Sequence record: OP752703.1
Strand: one strand, 5' to 3'
DNA: 64,000 bases
Below are positions 1 through 9,671 of the stretch, one piece after another (the stretch's first letter is position 1; each line of letters begins with the position of its first letter). Below the pieces are notes generated by a model that was not told the DNA's origin, did no database searches, and saw only the letters and a list, made by a program, of their open reading frames with translations. The position numbers and the translations under genes were made by a program.

Positions 1-1
1 T

Positions 2-172
2 CATCAGGACGCCATCCTAGCTGCCTTGATCGCCAAGGAAAGTGAAGGCTCAGAATTCCTAGAAGACCAGACAGAAGGCTCAATCGTTGACGCTACTGAA
101 CGTAGCGCAACTCCTTCTGAACGTCGCAAGGAACGCCTCCTAAACGCGATGGAAACTCCCGAAGAAGATTGA
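2..172 (+). CDS. 3' end of a gene running in from the left edge; acidic C-terminal tail
   Basis: Open frame from nt 2 (HQDAILAALIAKESEGSEF...METPEED*) ending TGA 170-172, followed by a terminator. Its position before uvsY/uvsW would fit UvsX, but no diagnostic motif is in the window. Confidence 0.6.
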   Translation, partial: HQDAILAALIAKESEGSEFLEDQTEGSIVDATERSATPSERRKERLLNAMETPEED

Positions 173-182
173 TAGATAAGAA

Positions 183-210
183 AAAGGGAGATTAACAATC
201 TCCCTTTTCT
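183..210. terminator. Intrinsic terminator hairpin
   Basis: AAAGGGAGATT-aac-AATCTCCCTTT followed by a T-run. Confidence 0.8.
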
Positions 211-226
211 TTAGGATAAATTTAAT

Positions 227-820
227 ATGACAGAACTTGGTATAATCAATAAACTAATTAATGAACGAAACGAAGACTTGAAGGCCGCAAACTTAAAGAT
301 CGGCCAAGTCTATGGCGATAAGCTAACCAAAGTGTTTTCCATTCTGTACTCAAAACCTAATCTTGCTATCACTTGGGAACTTGTAGAACTTCAATCAAAG
401 AAAGTCGTTAATGTCTCTGGACGTTTCCAGCTAGAGATTGGTGAAGTTGTTAAGGTAGGAGAAGAATCGGTAACGGTAACTGCTGAGAATCAATCCTCAC
501 ACAATCGTTTCGCTAACTTCACCTTCCCTATCATCATGCTTGAAACCGCAACGGTAGAAGAGCTTGTAGAATTTGTGAACAAGATTTCAAATTATGGTGC
601 AGGCGACACAATCACTTCCGCTGATATTAGAAAGATGATTGAAGATGAAGCTGACACATTTGAGAATGCGTTACTTGAAAACCCTGAAAGGTTAGAAGCA
701 CTTACCAAACCCAAGCGCCCACAAACCCTACATGGTTTTTCTACGGAAGGTTTGACGGATAATCAATTCTTACAACTTTCGTGGTATAATCATGATAACG
801 ATAAAGGTCAATTAAATTAA
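227..820 (+). CDS. Hypothetical protein
   Basis: 197-aa ORF, AGGA RBS, phage-like codon usage. Confidence 0.75.
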   Translation: MTELGIINKLINERNEDLKAANLKIGQVYGDKLTKVFSILYSKPNLAITWELVELQSKKVVNVSGRFQLEIGEVVKVGEESVTVTAENQSSHNRFANFTFPIIMLETATVEELVEFVNKISNYGAGDTITSADIRKMIEDEADTFENALLENPERLEALTKPKRPQTLHGFSTEGLTDNQFLQLSWYNHDNDKGQLN

Positions 821-822
821 TC

Positions 823-1278
823 ATGGCAACATTGCAAGAAGAAATCGAATTGATTGAATTGGACGTGATTGGAGCGCAGAAAAAACTAGACTTTGCCACC
901 GAGGATTTGAAGATCGACGGTAAGAATCTAGAAGCTTGCTGTATTAAACACGCCTCTCTACTGGCTTACTACGATGAAATACAAGTGCAACTTAAGTATT
1001 CGTTGAACAAAGCCAAGCTCCTAGAGCTAAAGACCAAGAGTGAAATTTACGTATACATTAAAGAGAATTCCAAAAGGGATTACACCGACTCGGCGATCAA
1101 GATCGTCATTGATGGTAACCCGGAATACATTAAGGCACGTGAATTAGTTCTAATGGTTGAAGAGGTTTACGACAGAGCAGTAGCAGTGGTAGAAAGTTTC
1201 CGAACACGTTCATTCGATCTAAGAAACATTATTAGTATTAGAGAGAATGAGTTACAAGATGTTATCATTAGAGCGTAA
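823..1278 (+). CDS. uvsY: UvsY-like recombination mediator
   Basis: Helical 151-aa protein with 'RDYTDSAIKIVIDGNPEY' and 'VESFRTRSFDLRNI', resembling T4 UvsY; adjacent to uvsW. Confidence 0.7.
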   Translation: MATLQEEIELIELDVIGAQKKLDFATEDLKIDGKNLEACCIKHASLLAYYDEIQVQLKYSLNKAKLLELKTKSEIYVYIKENSKRDYTDSAIKIVIDGNPEYIKARELVLMVEEVYDRAVAVVESFRTRSFDLRNIISIRENELQDVIIRA

Positions 1279-2809
1279 TAAAGCTATCATCAAAGTCCTA
1301 GACGAGCTAAACACAGTTGTTATGGGTTTAGACCGCAGAGACTATAAACATTTCTATGAAGCGTTAGGGTTCTTCACGAAGGGCTACCGCTTCCATCCAA
1401 GGTTCAAGACTGGACGATGGGATGGCAAGGTGCGCTTCTTCGATATGAACGGCAAGACCAGCATCAACATGCTTCCGTTGATTATTCCAGAGTTAGAGCA
1501 GAAAGGCTACACCTTTGAGTTAATCGACCAGCGATCACCGGCTAACGTTACTGTGCCTGCGATTGATGAAAATTATATGTCGCATGTTATCATGGATGGG
1601 TCGCCAATCATACTAGGTGAACATCAGGTCGAAGGCATCAATGCCGTCACCGACAATGCAGGCGGTATCCTGTTGGCAGCAACGGGTGCAGGTAAATCTT
1701 ACATTTGTGCATCATTGATTAGACTATATAATGAACACACAAAGTTCCGATGCTTGGTCATCGTACCAAACAAGGATTTGATTAACCAAACTGCTAAAGA
1801 CATTAACGATATGGGTATTGAGGCCGGTCGATATTATGGTGACGTAAAGGAACCTAATCATTTGAACGTAGTCTCAACGTGGCAGTCGCTACAGAACAAC
1901 CCACAGTTGATGGCAGGCTTTGACGTAATCATTGTTGACGAATGTCACGGTGCTGCGGCAAACGTCCTAAAACAAATGATCCTAGACTACGGAAAGGGAG
2001 CCAAGGTTCGCATCGGTCTAACTGGTACGTTGCCAAAGGAACCCGCAGACGCAATGTCTGTAATGTATGTTCTAGGCGAAGTAGTCTATGAAGTACCAGC
2101 TTACGTCCTAATCGACAAGGGCTGGCTAGCGAAGCCTAACCTATATGTGAAAACATTGGTAGAGGATTTGACTGGCGAGTGGAACTACTTCAAACAGAAA
2201 TCGCCCGAAGAAGCGGCGAAGATGACTTACAAGAAATTCAAGAAAGAATTCTACCCTGAATACGCAGGCGAGAAGGCTTATCTCCAAGGCAACAAGAAAC
2301 GCCGAGATTGGATTGCTGATATGGTCAATGCAAAGGTACTCGAATCGGGTAACGCTTTCGTATTGGTCAACAATATTCCGTTCGGTAAGAAGCTGGCAGA
2401 CTCTATCGATAATGCTTACTTCGTTTATGGTCAAGATGAAACGGAAGTCCGTAAGAAAATCTATGCACTATTCGCTGAACGCGATGACGTGGTAGTGGTT
2501 ACGACCTTCCAGCTAGCATCTACTGGTCTAAACATTAAGAGAATCTTCAATCTCTTCATGATTGATGCTGGTAAGAGCTTCATCCAGATCATCCAGTCCA
2601 TCGGACGTGGTTTGCGTAAGGCTAAGGACAAGGATTCGGTAAACATCTACGATGTTAACTCGGACTTGAAGTATGGCGATAAACATATGAAGGATCGCAT
2701 AAAATACTACAAAGAAGTTAAGTACGATTTCAAGCACGACAAGATTGAGTACTCCAAGAATTTATCAATAGAAACAGTTGACTTGGACGATACTCTTGTA
2801 GTATATTAG
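1247..2809 (+). CDS. uvsW: UvsW-like superfamily 2 DNA helicase
   Basis: Walker A ATGAGKS, DECH box, GLTGT, motif VI QSIGRGLR; T4 UvsW-type N-terminus (WDGKVRFF). Confidence 0.92.
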   Translation: MSYKMLSLERNKAIIKVLDELNTVVMGLDRRDYKHFYEALGFFTKGYRFHPRFKTGRWDGKVRFFDMNGKTSINMLPLIIPELEQKGYTFELIDQRSPANVTVPAIDENYMSHVIMDGSPIILGEHQVEGINAVTDNAGGILLAATGAGKSYICASLIRLYNEHTKFRCLVIVPNKDLINQTAKDINDMGIEAGRYYGDVKEPNHLNVVSTWQSLQNNPQLMAGFDVIIVDECHGAAANVLKQMILDYGKGAKVRIGLTGTLPKEPADAMSVMYVLGEVVYEVPAYVLIDKGWLAKPNLYVKTLVEDLTGEWNYFKQKSPEEAAKMTYKKFKKEFYPEYAGEKAYLQGNKKRRDWIADMVNAKVLESGNAFVLVNNIPFGKKLADSIDNAYFVYGQDETEVRKKIYALFAERDDVVVVTTFQLASTGLNIKRIFNLFMIDAGKSFIQIIQSIGRGLRKAKDKDSVNIYDVNSDLKYGDKHMKDRIKYYKEVKYDFKHDKIEYSKNLSIETVDLDDTLVVY

Positions 2810-2837
2810 CGCATCAAATACGGATTAAAAAGAACAC

Positions 2838-3326
2838 ATGGTTATTTCAGACGAACATTCCCGCCCTATCTTGATCGATAGCATCGATACACCAATTGCC
2901 ACAGACCATTTTTGGGTACTAGATTTGGTGAATAGGGACTTCATGTTGCAAGAATTGGTCATGTTGGAAGAGATTACAACTCCCGTACTCGCATTCAATG
3001 TAGACGGATACTTGATCGAAGCACCGGCAGATTGGAACATTCTAATCTATTCCCCGGATACTTCACAGATCGATATCATCGAAATTTCAGAGTTGAGCCG
3101 AGGTAACTTCTCGGCCTTCCTGATGGACCACAGATTGAACCGTGTAAACAAAAATGTAATCAATGTGATTGACTACAACCCTTGCGGGACTATTCACGTT
3201 CCAACAATGAATAAGAATTTCATGCTATGCCACACCGCAGGCCCCCATCATTGGGTTTGCATTTCACCCACTGACAATTACGTTAAGCTACTAAAAGATT
3301 GTGCAGTTGGTGACCTACTACCATAA
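2838..3326 (+). CDS. Hypothetical beta-rich protein
   Basis: 162-aa ORF directly after uvsW; no motif recognised with confidence. Confidence 0.75.
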   Translation: MVISDEHSRPILIDSIDTPIATDHFWVLDLVNRDFMLQELVMLEEITTPVLAFNVDGYLIEAPADWNILIYSPDTSQIDIIEISELSRGNFSAFLMDHRLNRVNKNVINVIDYNPCGTIHVPTMNKNFMLCHTAGPHHWVCISPTDNYVKLLKDCAVGDLLP

Positions 3327-3335
3327 GGAAACACA

Positions 3336-3803
3336 ATGACTGACACTACTAAGGCCAAAAAGAAGGCCACAACGTCCAAGGTCAAGAAGAAAGAAACTTG
3401 GACTATCTCTGAGCTACAGATGTGGTTCAGAACCGCCATCGATCTACAGGGCGATGACTGGTATCCAGACGAAGAGGTTTGGGGCAAGATTGTAGATATG
3501 GTTTTCAAACTAAAACCGGATGACCCGGTACGTCCATCCCAGCCACGACCGGCCCAACCGCCAGTACAGCAGCCAGTCTACGGAGGCTATAATCCGAACC
3601 AACATAATCGTTCATTGTCACCGCATAATGAATTGATTGTCGGTCATCCAATTCAAAGCGACGGCCTATCACTAGTCCCGCCAAGCACCGATCCAATTCC
3701 ACCGGGCGCTAACGATATTGAGGCGCTACGCCGACAGTCGGAAGCTGGTACACTAAACGGCGGAAAGACAATTAAGTCTGGACAGCTAAATCAGTACGAA
3801 TAA
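3336..3803 (+). CDS. Hypothetical protein (Lys-rich N-terminus, Pro/Gln-rich middle)
   Basis: ORF with TAAGGA RBS. Confidence 0.75.
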   Translation: MTDTTKAKKKATTSKVKKKETWTISELQMWFRTAIDLQGDDWYPDEEVWGKIVDMVFKLKPDDPVRPSQPRPAQPPVQQPVYGGYNPNQHNRSLSPHNELIVGHPIQSDGLSLVPPSTDPIPPGANDIEALRRQSEAGTLNGGKTIKSGQLNQYE

Positions 3804-3806
3804 CAT

Positions 3807-4358
3807 ATGAAGAATGGTGTAAGGCTTAACGGAAGAATCCTCTGGTTTGATGGGGATTCTTCTTTTGAATTAAATACTCTGTACGATTACGTACTCTCTG
3901 GCAAAACTCTTAACGACCAATGCTATGTGATGGAAGAATCCGAAGATGTAGCAAAGTTCAACGCCTTACAGAACCAAGTTCAGTTGGGCGTCAAGACCGA
4001 GCTAAAGGATATCTCAAATGATTGGGATATCCCTGATTATTACCTAAACCTAAACGTTGAAGAGTATATTCAGAAGAAGTTATTGGAAGAGATTGACATT
4101 AACGAAGAGCTAGATGAACTCGACATTGATGACCGAATTGATCGTGTAGACACAGAGCTAAAGCTGTTCGAGCATTATGGTATGACGAATATCCTTCGTA
4201 CTGCCATTTATATTGTAGAAACCTTTAAGCAAAAGAACGTCATATGGGGTACAGGTCGCGGAAGTTCATGCTGCTGTTATTGCCTATATCTTATTGAATT
4301 ACATGACGTAGATTCAGTACAGTTTGATTTAGACCTAACGGAATTTTTCCGTGGATAA
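3807..4358 (+). CDS. DnaE (Pol III alpha)-like fragment 1, the region preceding the catalytic motif
   Basis: WGTGRGSSCCCYCLYLIELHDVDSVQFDLDLTEFFR parallels DnaE [33 protein letters not shown]. Confidence 0.8.
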   Translation: MKNGVRLNGRILWFDGDSSFELNTLYDYVLSGKTLNDQCYVMEESEDVAKFNALQNQVQLGVKTELKDISNDWDIPDYYLNLNVEEYIQKKLLEEIDINEELDELDIDDRIDRVDTELKLFEHYGMTNILRTAIYIVETFKQKNVIWGTGRGSSCCCYCLYLIELHDVDSVQFDLDLTEFFRG

Positions 4359-4387
4359 ATAAAACACACTTAGGAAATTAAACTTAA

Positions 4388-4723
4388 ATGGCAACTAACA
4401 AACCAAGAACCGTAAAAAGCATGCGTGGTGAAGAAGTTAACTTCGACCTAGCAGAGATTAAGAATAAAATTCTGGCTGATCCAGAACCGGAAGCGAGCCG
4501 TCAGCGCGCACGTTTCATTGACAGCAAGCGTCGTAGAACCCGTAGACGCGGTGACGAGATTGTAGCTGAACAGAAGAATAATGAAGCCGCAGTACGTGCA
4601 GCTATCGCTGAACAGAAACGCGCTCAGATTCTTGAAGAGAAAGAATCGGTCCCTCACGTAAACGTTGATGAAGTAGTAGTTTCCGATGAAGCTCCGGTAA
4701 CGAGAAAAATTAAGAGAGACTAA
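4388..4723 (+). CDS. Hypothetical charged protein
   Basis: ORF with TAAATA late-type promoter at about 4356 and AGGA RBS. Confidence 0.75.
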   Translation: MATNKPRTVKSMRGEEVNFDLAEIKNKILADPEPEASRQRARFIDSKRRRTRRRGDEIVAEQKNNEAAVRAAIAEQKRAQILEEKESVPHVNVDEVVVSDEAPVTRKIKRD

Positions 4724-5035
4724 ATGGAAATTGAAGCATTAGGCGACAGTGTACTGTTTGACTTCGTTCAAACAATTAAAAAGGGTATGTTCCACCATGA
4801 CACCGATTGGGGTTTCACGTTGGACAAGAGCGTTGACTATGACGTAAGAAAGTCACGTTGGGGTCAGGTTGTATTTGCTGGTCCTGATGTTGAAAATGTA
4901 AAGGTTGACGATTACATCCTAATCGAAGGCGCTAAATGGACAAACGCCGTAGTAGTAAATGGCCGTAAGTTATGGCGAACCAAGGAAGATTTTATTGAAG
5001 CCATTTCGGACGAACGACCGGAAGCAATGAACTAA
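4724..5035 (+). CDS. GroES-like co-chaperonin
   Basis: IEALGDSVL...GQVVFAGPDVENVKVDDYIL pattern of Cpn10 / T4 gp31. Confidence 0.75.
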   Translation: MEIEALGDSVLFDFVQTIKKGMFHHDTDWGFTLDKSVDYDVRKSRWGQVVFAGPDVENVKVDDYILIEGAKWTNAVVVNGRKLWRTKEDFIEAISDERPEAMN

Positions 5036-5036
5036 A

Positions 5037-5858
5037 ATGATTTTTATTACGATACTGATTCTTGTCACTATCGCAATAGCGTCGGCCGCTGCATACTTCT
5101 CAGTGTATGGTTTGGCCCAATTGTTTACAGGGGCAGTAATCTCTGTAATCATTATGGGTGCATCCATCGAAGCTGGTAAGTTGATAGCGGCTTCGTTTTT
5201 GTATCGATACTGGCAAAAGATAGGGCTAGCCCTTAAAGCATATCTACTGAGTGCAATCTTTGTTCTAATGATTATTACTTCGATGGGTATCTTCGGATTC
5301 CTAACCGCAGCATATCAGAAGGACACTCTACCGATTGCAGAAATTGCTCAGAAGATTGAACTACTAGAACACGAACGTCAAGAGTTGATCGAACGTAGGG
5401 ACCGAATCGACAAGCAGGTTGAAAGTGTATCTGCTAATATGGTAAGGTCTAAGGAACGTCTAGCAAAGAGTTTCCAGACGGAACGAACCTCGATTGAAAC
5501 ACGCCTAGGTGAATTGACGCCTGAGCTACAGAAACTAAAGACGGATCAGATCAATGTTAAGGCAAAGGTCGGTCCTATTATGTTGGTAGCCGAAGTAATG
5601 GGACAAGACCCGAACAAAGCTGTATTCTGGTTCATCTTGATTCTAATCTCGGTCTTTGACCCTCTGGCTGTCGCTCTAACACTTGCCGTAAACATCGCCC
5701 TACGAATCCGTAAGGAAGAGAAGGAAGAGGCTATAAGGCTCGCTAAGGAAGAGCAAGAGAGAAAGGAAAGGGCAGAACTACCTGACCTTACAAATACTAA
5801 CAAAGCATCCCTAGATGCTTACATTAAAAAGATTGCTAAGGCGCAGCAATCCGAATAA
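5037..5858 (+). CDS. Membrane protein with several TM helices and a central coiled coil
   Basis: Three N-terminal hydrophobic segments, a coiled coil, and a C-terminal FDPLAVAL TM segment. Confidence 0.75.
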   Translation: MIFITILILVTIAIASAAAYFSVYGLAQLFTGAVISVIIMGASIEAGKLIAASFLYRYWQKIGLALKAYLLSAIFVLMIITSMGIFGFLTAAYQKDTLPIAEIAQKIELLEHERQELIERRDRIDKQVESVSANMVRSKERLAKSFQTERTSIETRLGELTPELQKLKTDQINVKAKVGPIMLVAEVMGQDPNKAVFWFILILISVFDPLAVALTLAVNIALRIRKEEKEEAIRLAKEEQERKERAELPDLTNTNKASLDAYIKKIAKAQQSE

Positions 5859-5862
5859 CTAC

Positions 5863-5891
5863 TTGATTTGGCCGTTGTGTATCGCTATAAT
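5863..5891 (+). promoter_or_regulatory. Sigma70-type promoter for the clamp loader operon
   Basis: TTGATT-N17-TATAAT. Confidence 0.7.
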
Positions 5892-5918
5892 GTGACCCAT
5901 CACATATAAGGATACACA

Positions 5919-6863
5919 ATGGCCAAATTAGTTTTAAACGAAAAGTATCGTCCTAAGAAGCTAGAGGACTACATTTTCGCTAACGATCTTACTCGCAGCG
6001 TAGTAAGCAAGTGGATCGAAGAGAAGAACATCCCTCACATCTTCATGCACGGTCATCAAGGCACCGGCAAGACCTCCCTAGCATATCTCCTAAAGAATGA
6101 ACTCGGTATTGATGATTCCGACTTCCTGCTAATTGACTCTTCCAGTGATGGTAATATCGCTACCCTACGTAATGATGTAGCGAACTTCATGGACACTATC
6201 CCTATGGGTGAGGCAAACCTAAAGATCGTTCTATTTGACGAAATTGACGGTATGTCCATTGCTGCTCAGAAGGCTCTCCGTGGATTCACCCAGCATCCTT
6301 CGACTCAGTACGTTCGATTCATTATGACCTGTAATAACCCGAATGCGGTTATCCCAGCCATCCACTCACGCGCACAGGAAATTCAGTTCAAGTCTCTCGA
6401 CAAGGACAGTATGCTAGAACGTCTGGCAGAAATTCTTGTAACCGAAGAAATTGAAACCGACCTAGACAACATGGAAGCTTACGTAGACCGCTTCTACCCT
6501 GACTTCCGTAAGCTTCTAGAAAGCGTTGACCAGTTCACTATCGATGGCAAACTAACCCCTGCTGACGAGATTGACGTAAGTGCGTCGGAAGACTTTGAGT
6601 TGGTTGTACTTGAAATCTTTGAAGAGAATAAGTACGACAATGCCGACATTCGTGAGGCTTTGAGTATGGTAATGTCCGATGCTGATTGGGACAATCTATA
6701 CAAATTCCTCTACGAGAATATGCACGAAATGGGTAAGTTCGCTGACAAGGATATGTGGGCTAGAGGTATTGTTGTCGTGGCCGACCACATGTATAAGCAT
6801 TCGCAGGTAGCTGTACCGGAATTGAATGCAACAGCTATGTTTGTAAGGTTGGGTCTGCTATGA
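5919..6863 (+). CDS. Clamp loader AAA+ ATPase subunit (gp44/RFC-like)
   Basis: EKYRPKKL, GHQGTGKT, LFDEIDG, AIHSR (SRC-like) motifs. Confidence 0.92.
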   Translation: MAKLVLNEKYRPKKLEDYIFANDLTRSVVSKWIEEKNIPHIFMHGHQGTGKTSLAYLLKNELGIDDSDFLLIDSSSDGNIATLRNDVANFMDTIPMGEANLKIVLFDEIDGMSIAAQKALRGFTQHPSTQYVRFIMTCNNPNAVIPAIHSRAQEIQFKSLDKDSMLERLAEILVTEEIETDLDNMEAYVDRFYPDFRKLLESVDQFTIDGKLTPADEIDVSASEDFELVVLEIFEENKYDNADIREALSMVMSDADWDNLYKFLYENMHEMGKFADKDMWARGIVVVADHMYKHSQVAVPELNATAMFVRLGLL

Positions 6864-7177
6864 TTGAAGTATTGACAGAAGAACAGAAAGAAAAAGACTT
6901 CAAGGCTATCTACGCAATTAAAGATAAGAACGAGAAGCTTTCTTGGACCCGTCGCCAGAAGAATCTAGAAGAGTTGATCGCTACTGAAATCAACCCTCTA
7001 GCTGAACAGATTCTAGCGTTGCAGATGCAGCAGCAGGATTTGATCGACAAGGCAATGGAAGCCCGAGAGAAAATGGTTAAGGAATGCATTCACCCGAAGG
7101 GATCATTGGTTCACTTCAACACGCATATCCTTTGTAAGTTCTGTAACCGTAAACTATCACGACCAAAGACAAAATGA
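6860..7177 (+). CDS. Hypothetical coiled-coil protein with C-terminal CxH...CxxC
   Basis: ECIHP...LCKFC; translationally coupled to its neighbours. Confidence 0.7.
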   Translation: MIEVLTEEQKEKDFKAIYAIKDKNEKLSWTRRQKNLEELIATEINPLAEQILALQMQQQDLIDKAMEAREKMVKECIHPKGSLVHFNTHILCKFCNRKLSRPKTK

Positions 7178-7647
7178 CCGACACCGAGAAGAAAGAACGA
7201 AAGCTGGATATGTTTGAAGTCCTCAAACAGATTGACGCTGGTAATCGAACTTTTCTAGATACTCTGGATGAAGATGCTAAGAAGGAATTCGTACCATTGT
7301 TGACGATGCGTTGGGCATCGTCAGCAGGCGGTATGCAGGCCGTCCTATTGAACGAGTTGGTAAACCCGATGGTATTCAAGGCTCACAACCACCCGGCCCT
7401 TCTATACAAGTTAATGGTAGCTTCTTCCAGTGGAAAGCAAAGGCGATACCGATGGCTGAAATCAAAGTCCAAGACTAAAGACAACAAGTTGACCATCAAA
7501 ACAATTGCAGGCTATTATAAATGTACCGCCAAGGATGCTGGTTACTACGCCAAGCGTCTACCTCTTGAAGATATTCTTGAAATGGCCGAAGCATTAGGTT
7601 ATGATTCCGACACTATTAAAGAACTAAAAGCTGAACACAAGAAATGA
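7174..7647 (+). CDS. Probable clamp loader small subunit (gp62-like)
   Basis: Helical protein with RWASS...LLNELVN and RRYRWLK, downstream of gp44-like gene. Confidence 0.6.
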   Translation: MTDTEKKERKLDMFEVLKQIDAGNRTFLDTLDEDAKKEFVPLLTMRWASSAGGMQAVLLNELVNPMVFKAHNHPALLYKLMVASSSGKQRRYRWLKSKSKTKDNKLTIKTIAGYYKCTAKDAGYYAKRLPLEDILEMAEALGYDSDTIKELKAEHKK

Positions 7648-8333
7648 CTGAGAATATCAAACCCTTTTACGAATGCGAATACTGTTTCAAGAAGCTGACC
7701 ACTCAGGCCAGACTTGACAAGCATAACTGCGAAGCAAAGAAGCGTGCAGACTACATGGCAACGAACAAGGGTAAGAGCGCATTCTACTGTTATGAAATGT
7801 GGAATTCACTTCGTGGATTCAAAGTTAATGGTGTAGAAACCTTTATGGACTCGAAATATTTCAAGTCCATTGAGCGTTTTATTAAGTTCTGCAACAGCAC
7901 TGGTATTCCAGATCGTAAGCATTACATTGAATACATGATTTCAAAGGAAGTAATGCCATTCAATTGGACTAATCCTGAAATCTATGATGAATACATCCAG
8001 CACTTTGATAACACGAAAACGCCAGAGGAAATGGCTAGAATCAGCATGGACACCCTATTCGATCTTGCAGACCTATTTGATTGTGAGATTAGTGAGGTTC
8101 TAAGTCACATGTACGCATCTGACCTGATGAAGCTCGTAGTAGCCCGTAAACTAAGCCCATGGATTCTACTGCCAAGTAAATCCTTCAAGAATTACATGAG
8201 AACGGAAGTTACTGCGGAACAGACAGTGTTGATTAACTCAACGATCAATTATGACATTTGGGGACGAAAGTTTCGAGAGAATCCAGAGGCCGTACAACAG
8301 ATGAAAGAAATCGTTAAGGAAATGGATTTCTAA
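7644..8333 (+). CDS. Hypothetical protein with N-terminal C2HC zinc finger
   Basis: YECEYCFKKLTTQARLDKHNC. Confidence 0.75.
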   Translation: MTENIKPFYECEYCFKKLTTQARLDKHNCEAKKRADYMATNKGKSAFYCYEMWNSLRGFKVNGVETFMDSKYFKSIERFIKFCNSTGIPDRKHYIEYMISKEVMPFNWTNPEIYDEYIQHFDNTKTPEEMARISMDTLFDLADLFDCEISEVLSHMYASDLMKLVVARKLSPWILLPSKSFKNYMRTEVTAEQTVLINSTINYDIWGRKFRENPEAVQQMKEIVKEMDF

Positions 8334-8337
8334 GTCA

Positions 8338-8363
8338 TAAATAGAGGGATCAAGTATCCCTCT
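8338..8363 (+). promoter_or_regulatory. Late-type promoter (TAAATA) abutting a hairpin, heading the virion paralogue array
   Basis: TAAATA 8338-8343; AGAGGGAT-caagt-ATCCCTCT 8343-8363. Confidence 0.55.
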
Positions 8364-8368
8364 AATAA

Positions 8369-9640
8369 ATGTCAAATTACACTTCCCGCTATCAGATTTT
8401 TTATACTGATAAAGATAAGACCCCAATTAGCGTCCCGCGTTCGTTAGTAGTAACTGACGCGGGCGATATTGTATTCATTGGTAAGAACCGTAAAGAATAC
8501 GGTGAGGTATTCAATACCAACGTTCTACATTTACTAGAACACTTCGCTTGTCCAGAAGGCAGCGATGGAATGCCAGACTACAATACTGTCATTAAACCAA
8601 CACTACGTAATCCCACGGTGGGACAAATTTGGTTTAATAAAACTAAAAAGTCTCCTTTCCTTTGGAACGGAACTAAGTGGGTATCCTTTGCTTCTCGTAA
8701 CCGAACTATCGGCGGAAACAATGGTGTACTCTATAATGGAAATCAAATTCCAGCCCCTCTTTCCAACATCAATGGAACACTAACCCCAATGCCTTACAGT
8801 GATTGTGCATGGACGGTATCTCCGTTCGGCATGACGGCTGCTACGCGCCTAACATATCTTGAATGTTACACTGACAAGGATGCATGGGTAACTATGCGTT
8901 ACATGGTTCAAGGCTCGCTAGAATTGGTAGAAGGTTATGCTAACTATCAGATCATTGGTGTAGGTGGATCAAATGAATGGAATGGTGGAAACAATGGTGT
9001 TCCTCCGTCAACCCCAAACATTCCGGGCTTGACTCCAACCCCATCAGTCACACGTTCAGGTACTCCGCAGCCAACCGCCCCGGTAACCCCGTCCGTCACG
9101 CCAACTATTACACGTACTCCGGGTATGACCCGCAGCCTGACCCCAACGCCAACGGCAAGCCGTACAGAAACGCCTGTACCGTCCGTCACGCGCACTCAGA
9201 CGCCTACCCCATCACCGACCCCAACGATTACTCCGACTGTTTCTCCGAGCGTCCCACCGCCGATCTGGATCAACATCTTCGATCAAAAGACGGTGAAGGA
9301 CGTTGCAGTAGGAACCGATTACTCATTGAACTATCGTATCACCGAAGCCGGTTTGATTATCATCTACGATAATTACGGTTTGAGTATTCCTAGCCAGTGG
9401 ATTTATAACGACAGTCCGGTTAATTATTCCATTAGGGTAAGTAATGTTGTCGGAGAACCACTAACTGGATTCGTAGATGATTGGCTGAATACGGGCGTTC
9501 AGAGAACATGGGGTATTGTAACTACAAATACTACTGCCGTTGGAACCTATACGGTTACCTTCTTGGTTGAAATTATGAGAAACGGCGATCAGCAGATCAT
9601 GGACCGTTGCAATATTACTCTGCAAATCAACGTGATTTGA
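8369..9640 (+). CDS. Virion/fibre-like paralogue 1 (shared N-domain, S/T/P stalk, beta-rich tip)
   Basis: YGE...LLEHFACPE...GQIWFN...CAWTVSP...ANYQIIG domain followed by TPTPSVT repeats. Confidence 0.8.
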   Translation: MSNYTSRYQIFYTDKDKTPISVPRSLVVTDAGDIVFIGKNRKEYGEVFNTNVLHLLEHFACPEGSDGMPDYNTVIKPTLRNPTVGQIWFNKTKKSPFLWNGTKWVSFASRNRTIGGNNGVLYNGNQIPAPLSNINGTLTPMPYSDCAWTVSPFGMTAATRLTYLECYTDKDAWVTMRYMVQGSLELVEGYANYQIIGVGGSNEWNGGNNGVPPSTPNIPGLTPTPSVTRSGTPQPTAPVTPSVTPTITRTPGMTRSLTPTPTASRTETPVPSVTRTQTPTPSPTPTITPTVSPSVPPPIWINIFDQKTVKDVAVGTDYSLNYRITEAGLIIIYDNYGLSIPSQWIYNDSPVNYSIRVSNVVGEPLTGFVDDWLNTGVQRTWGIVTTNTTAVGTYTVTFLVEIMRNGDQQIMDRCNITLQINVI

Positions 9641-9671
9641 GATAATAAATACACAGGATTAAGGATTTAAA

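Noticed and set aside
4-198. Minus-strand 64-aa ORF at the left edge and other short antisense ORFs in the track
   Set aside because: They overlap better-supported genes on the opposite strand and lack RBS and typical codon usage.
2838-3326. Possible stand-alone Hint/intein-like fold after uvsW
   Set aside because: Beta-rich pattern is suggestive only; no N-terminal Cys/Ser or terminal His-Asn. Needs HHpred.
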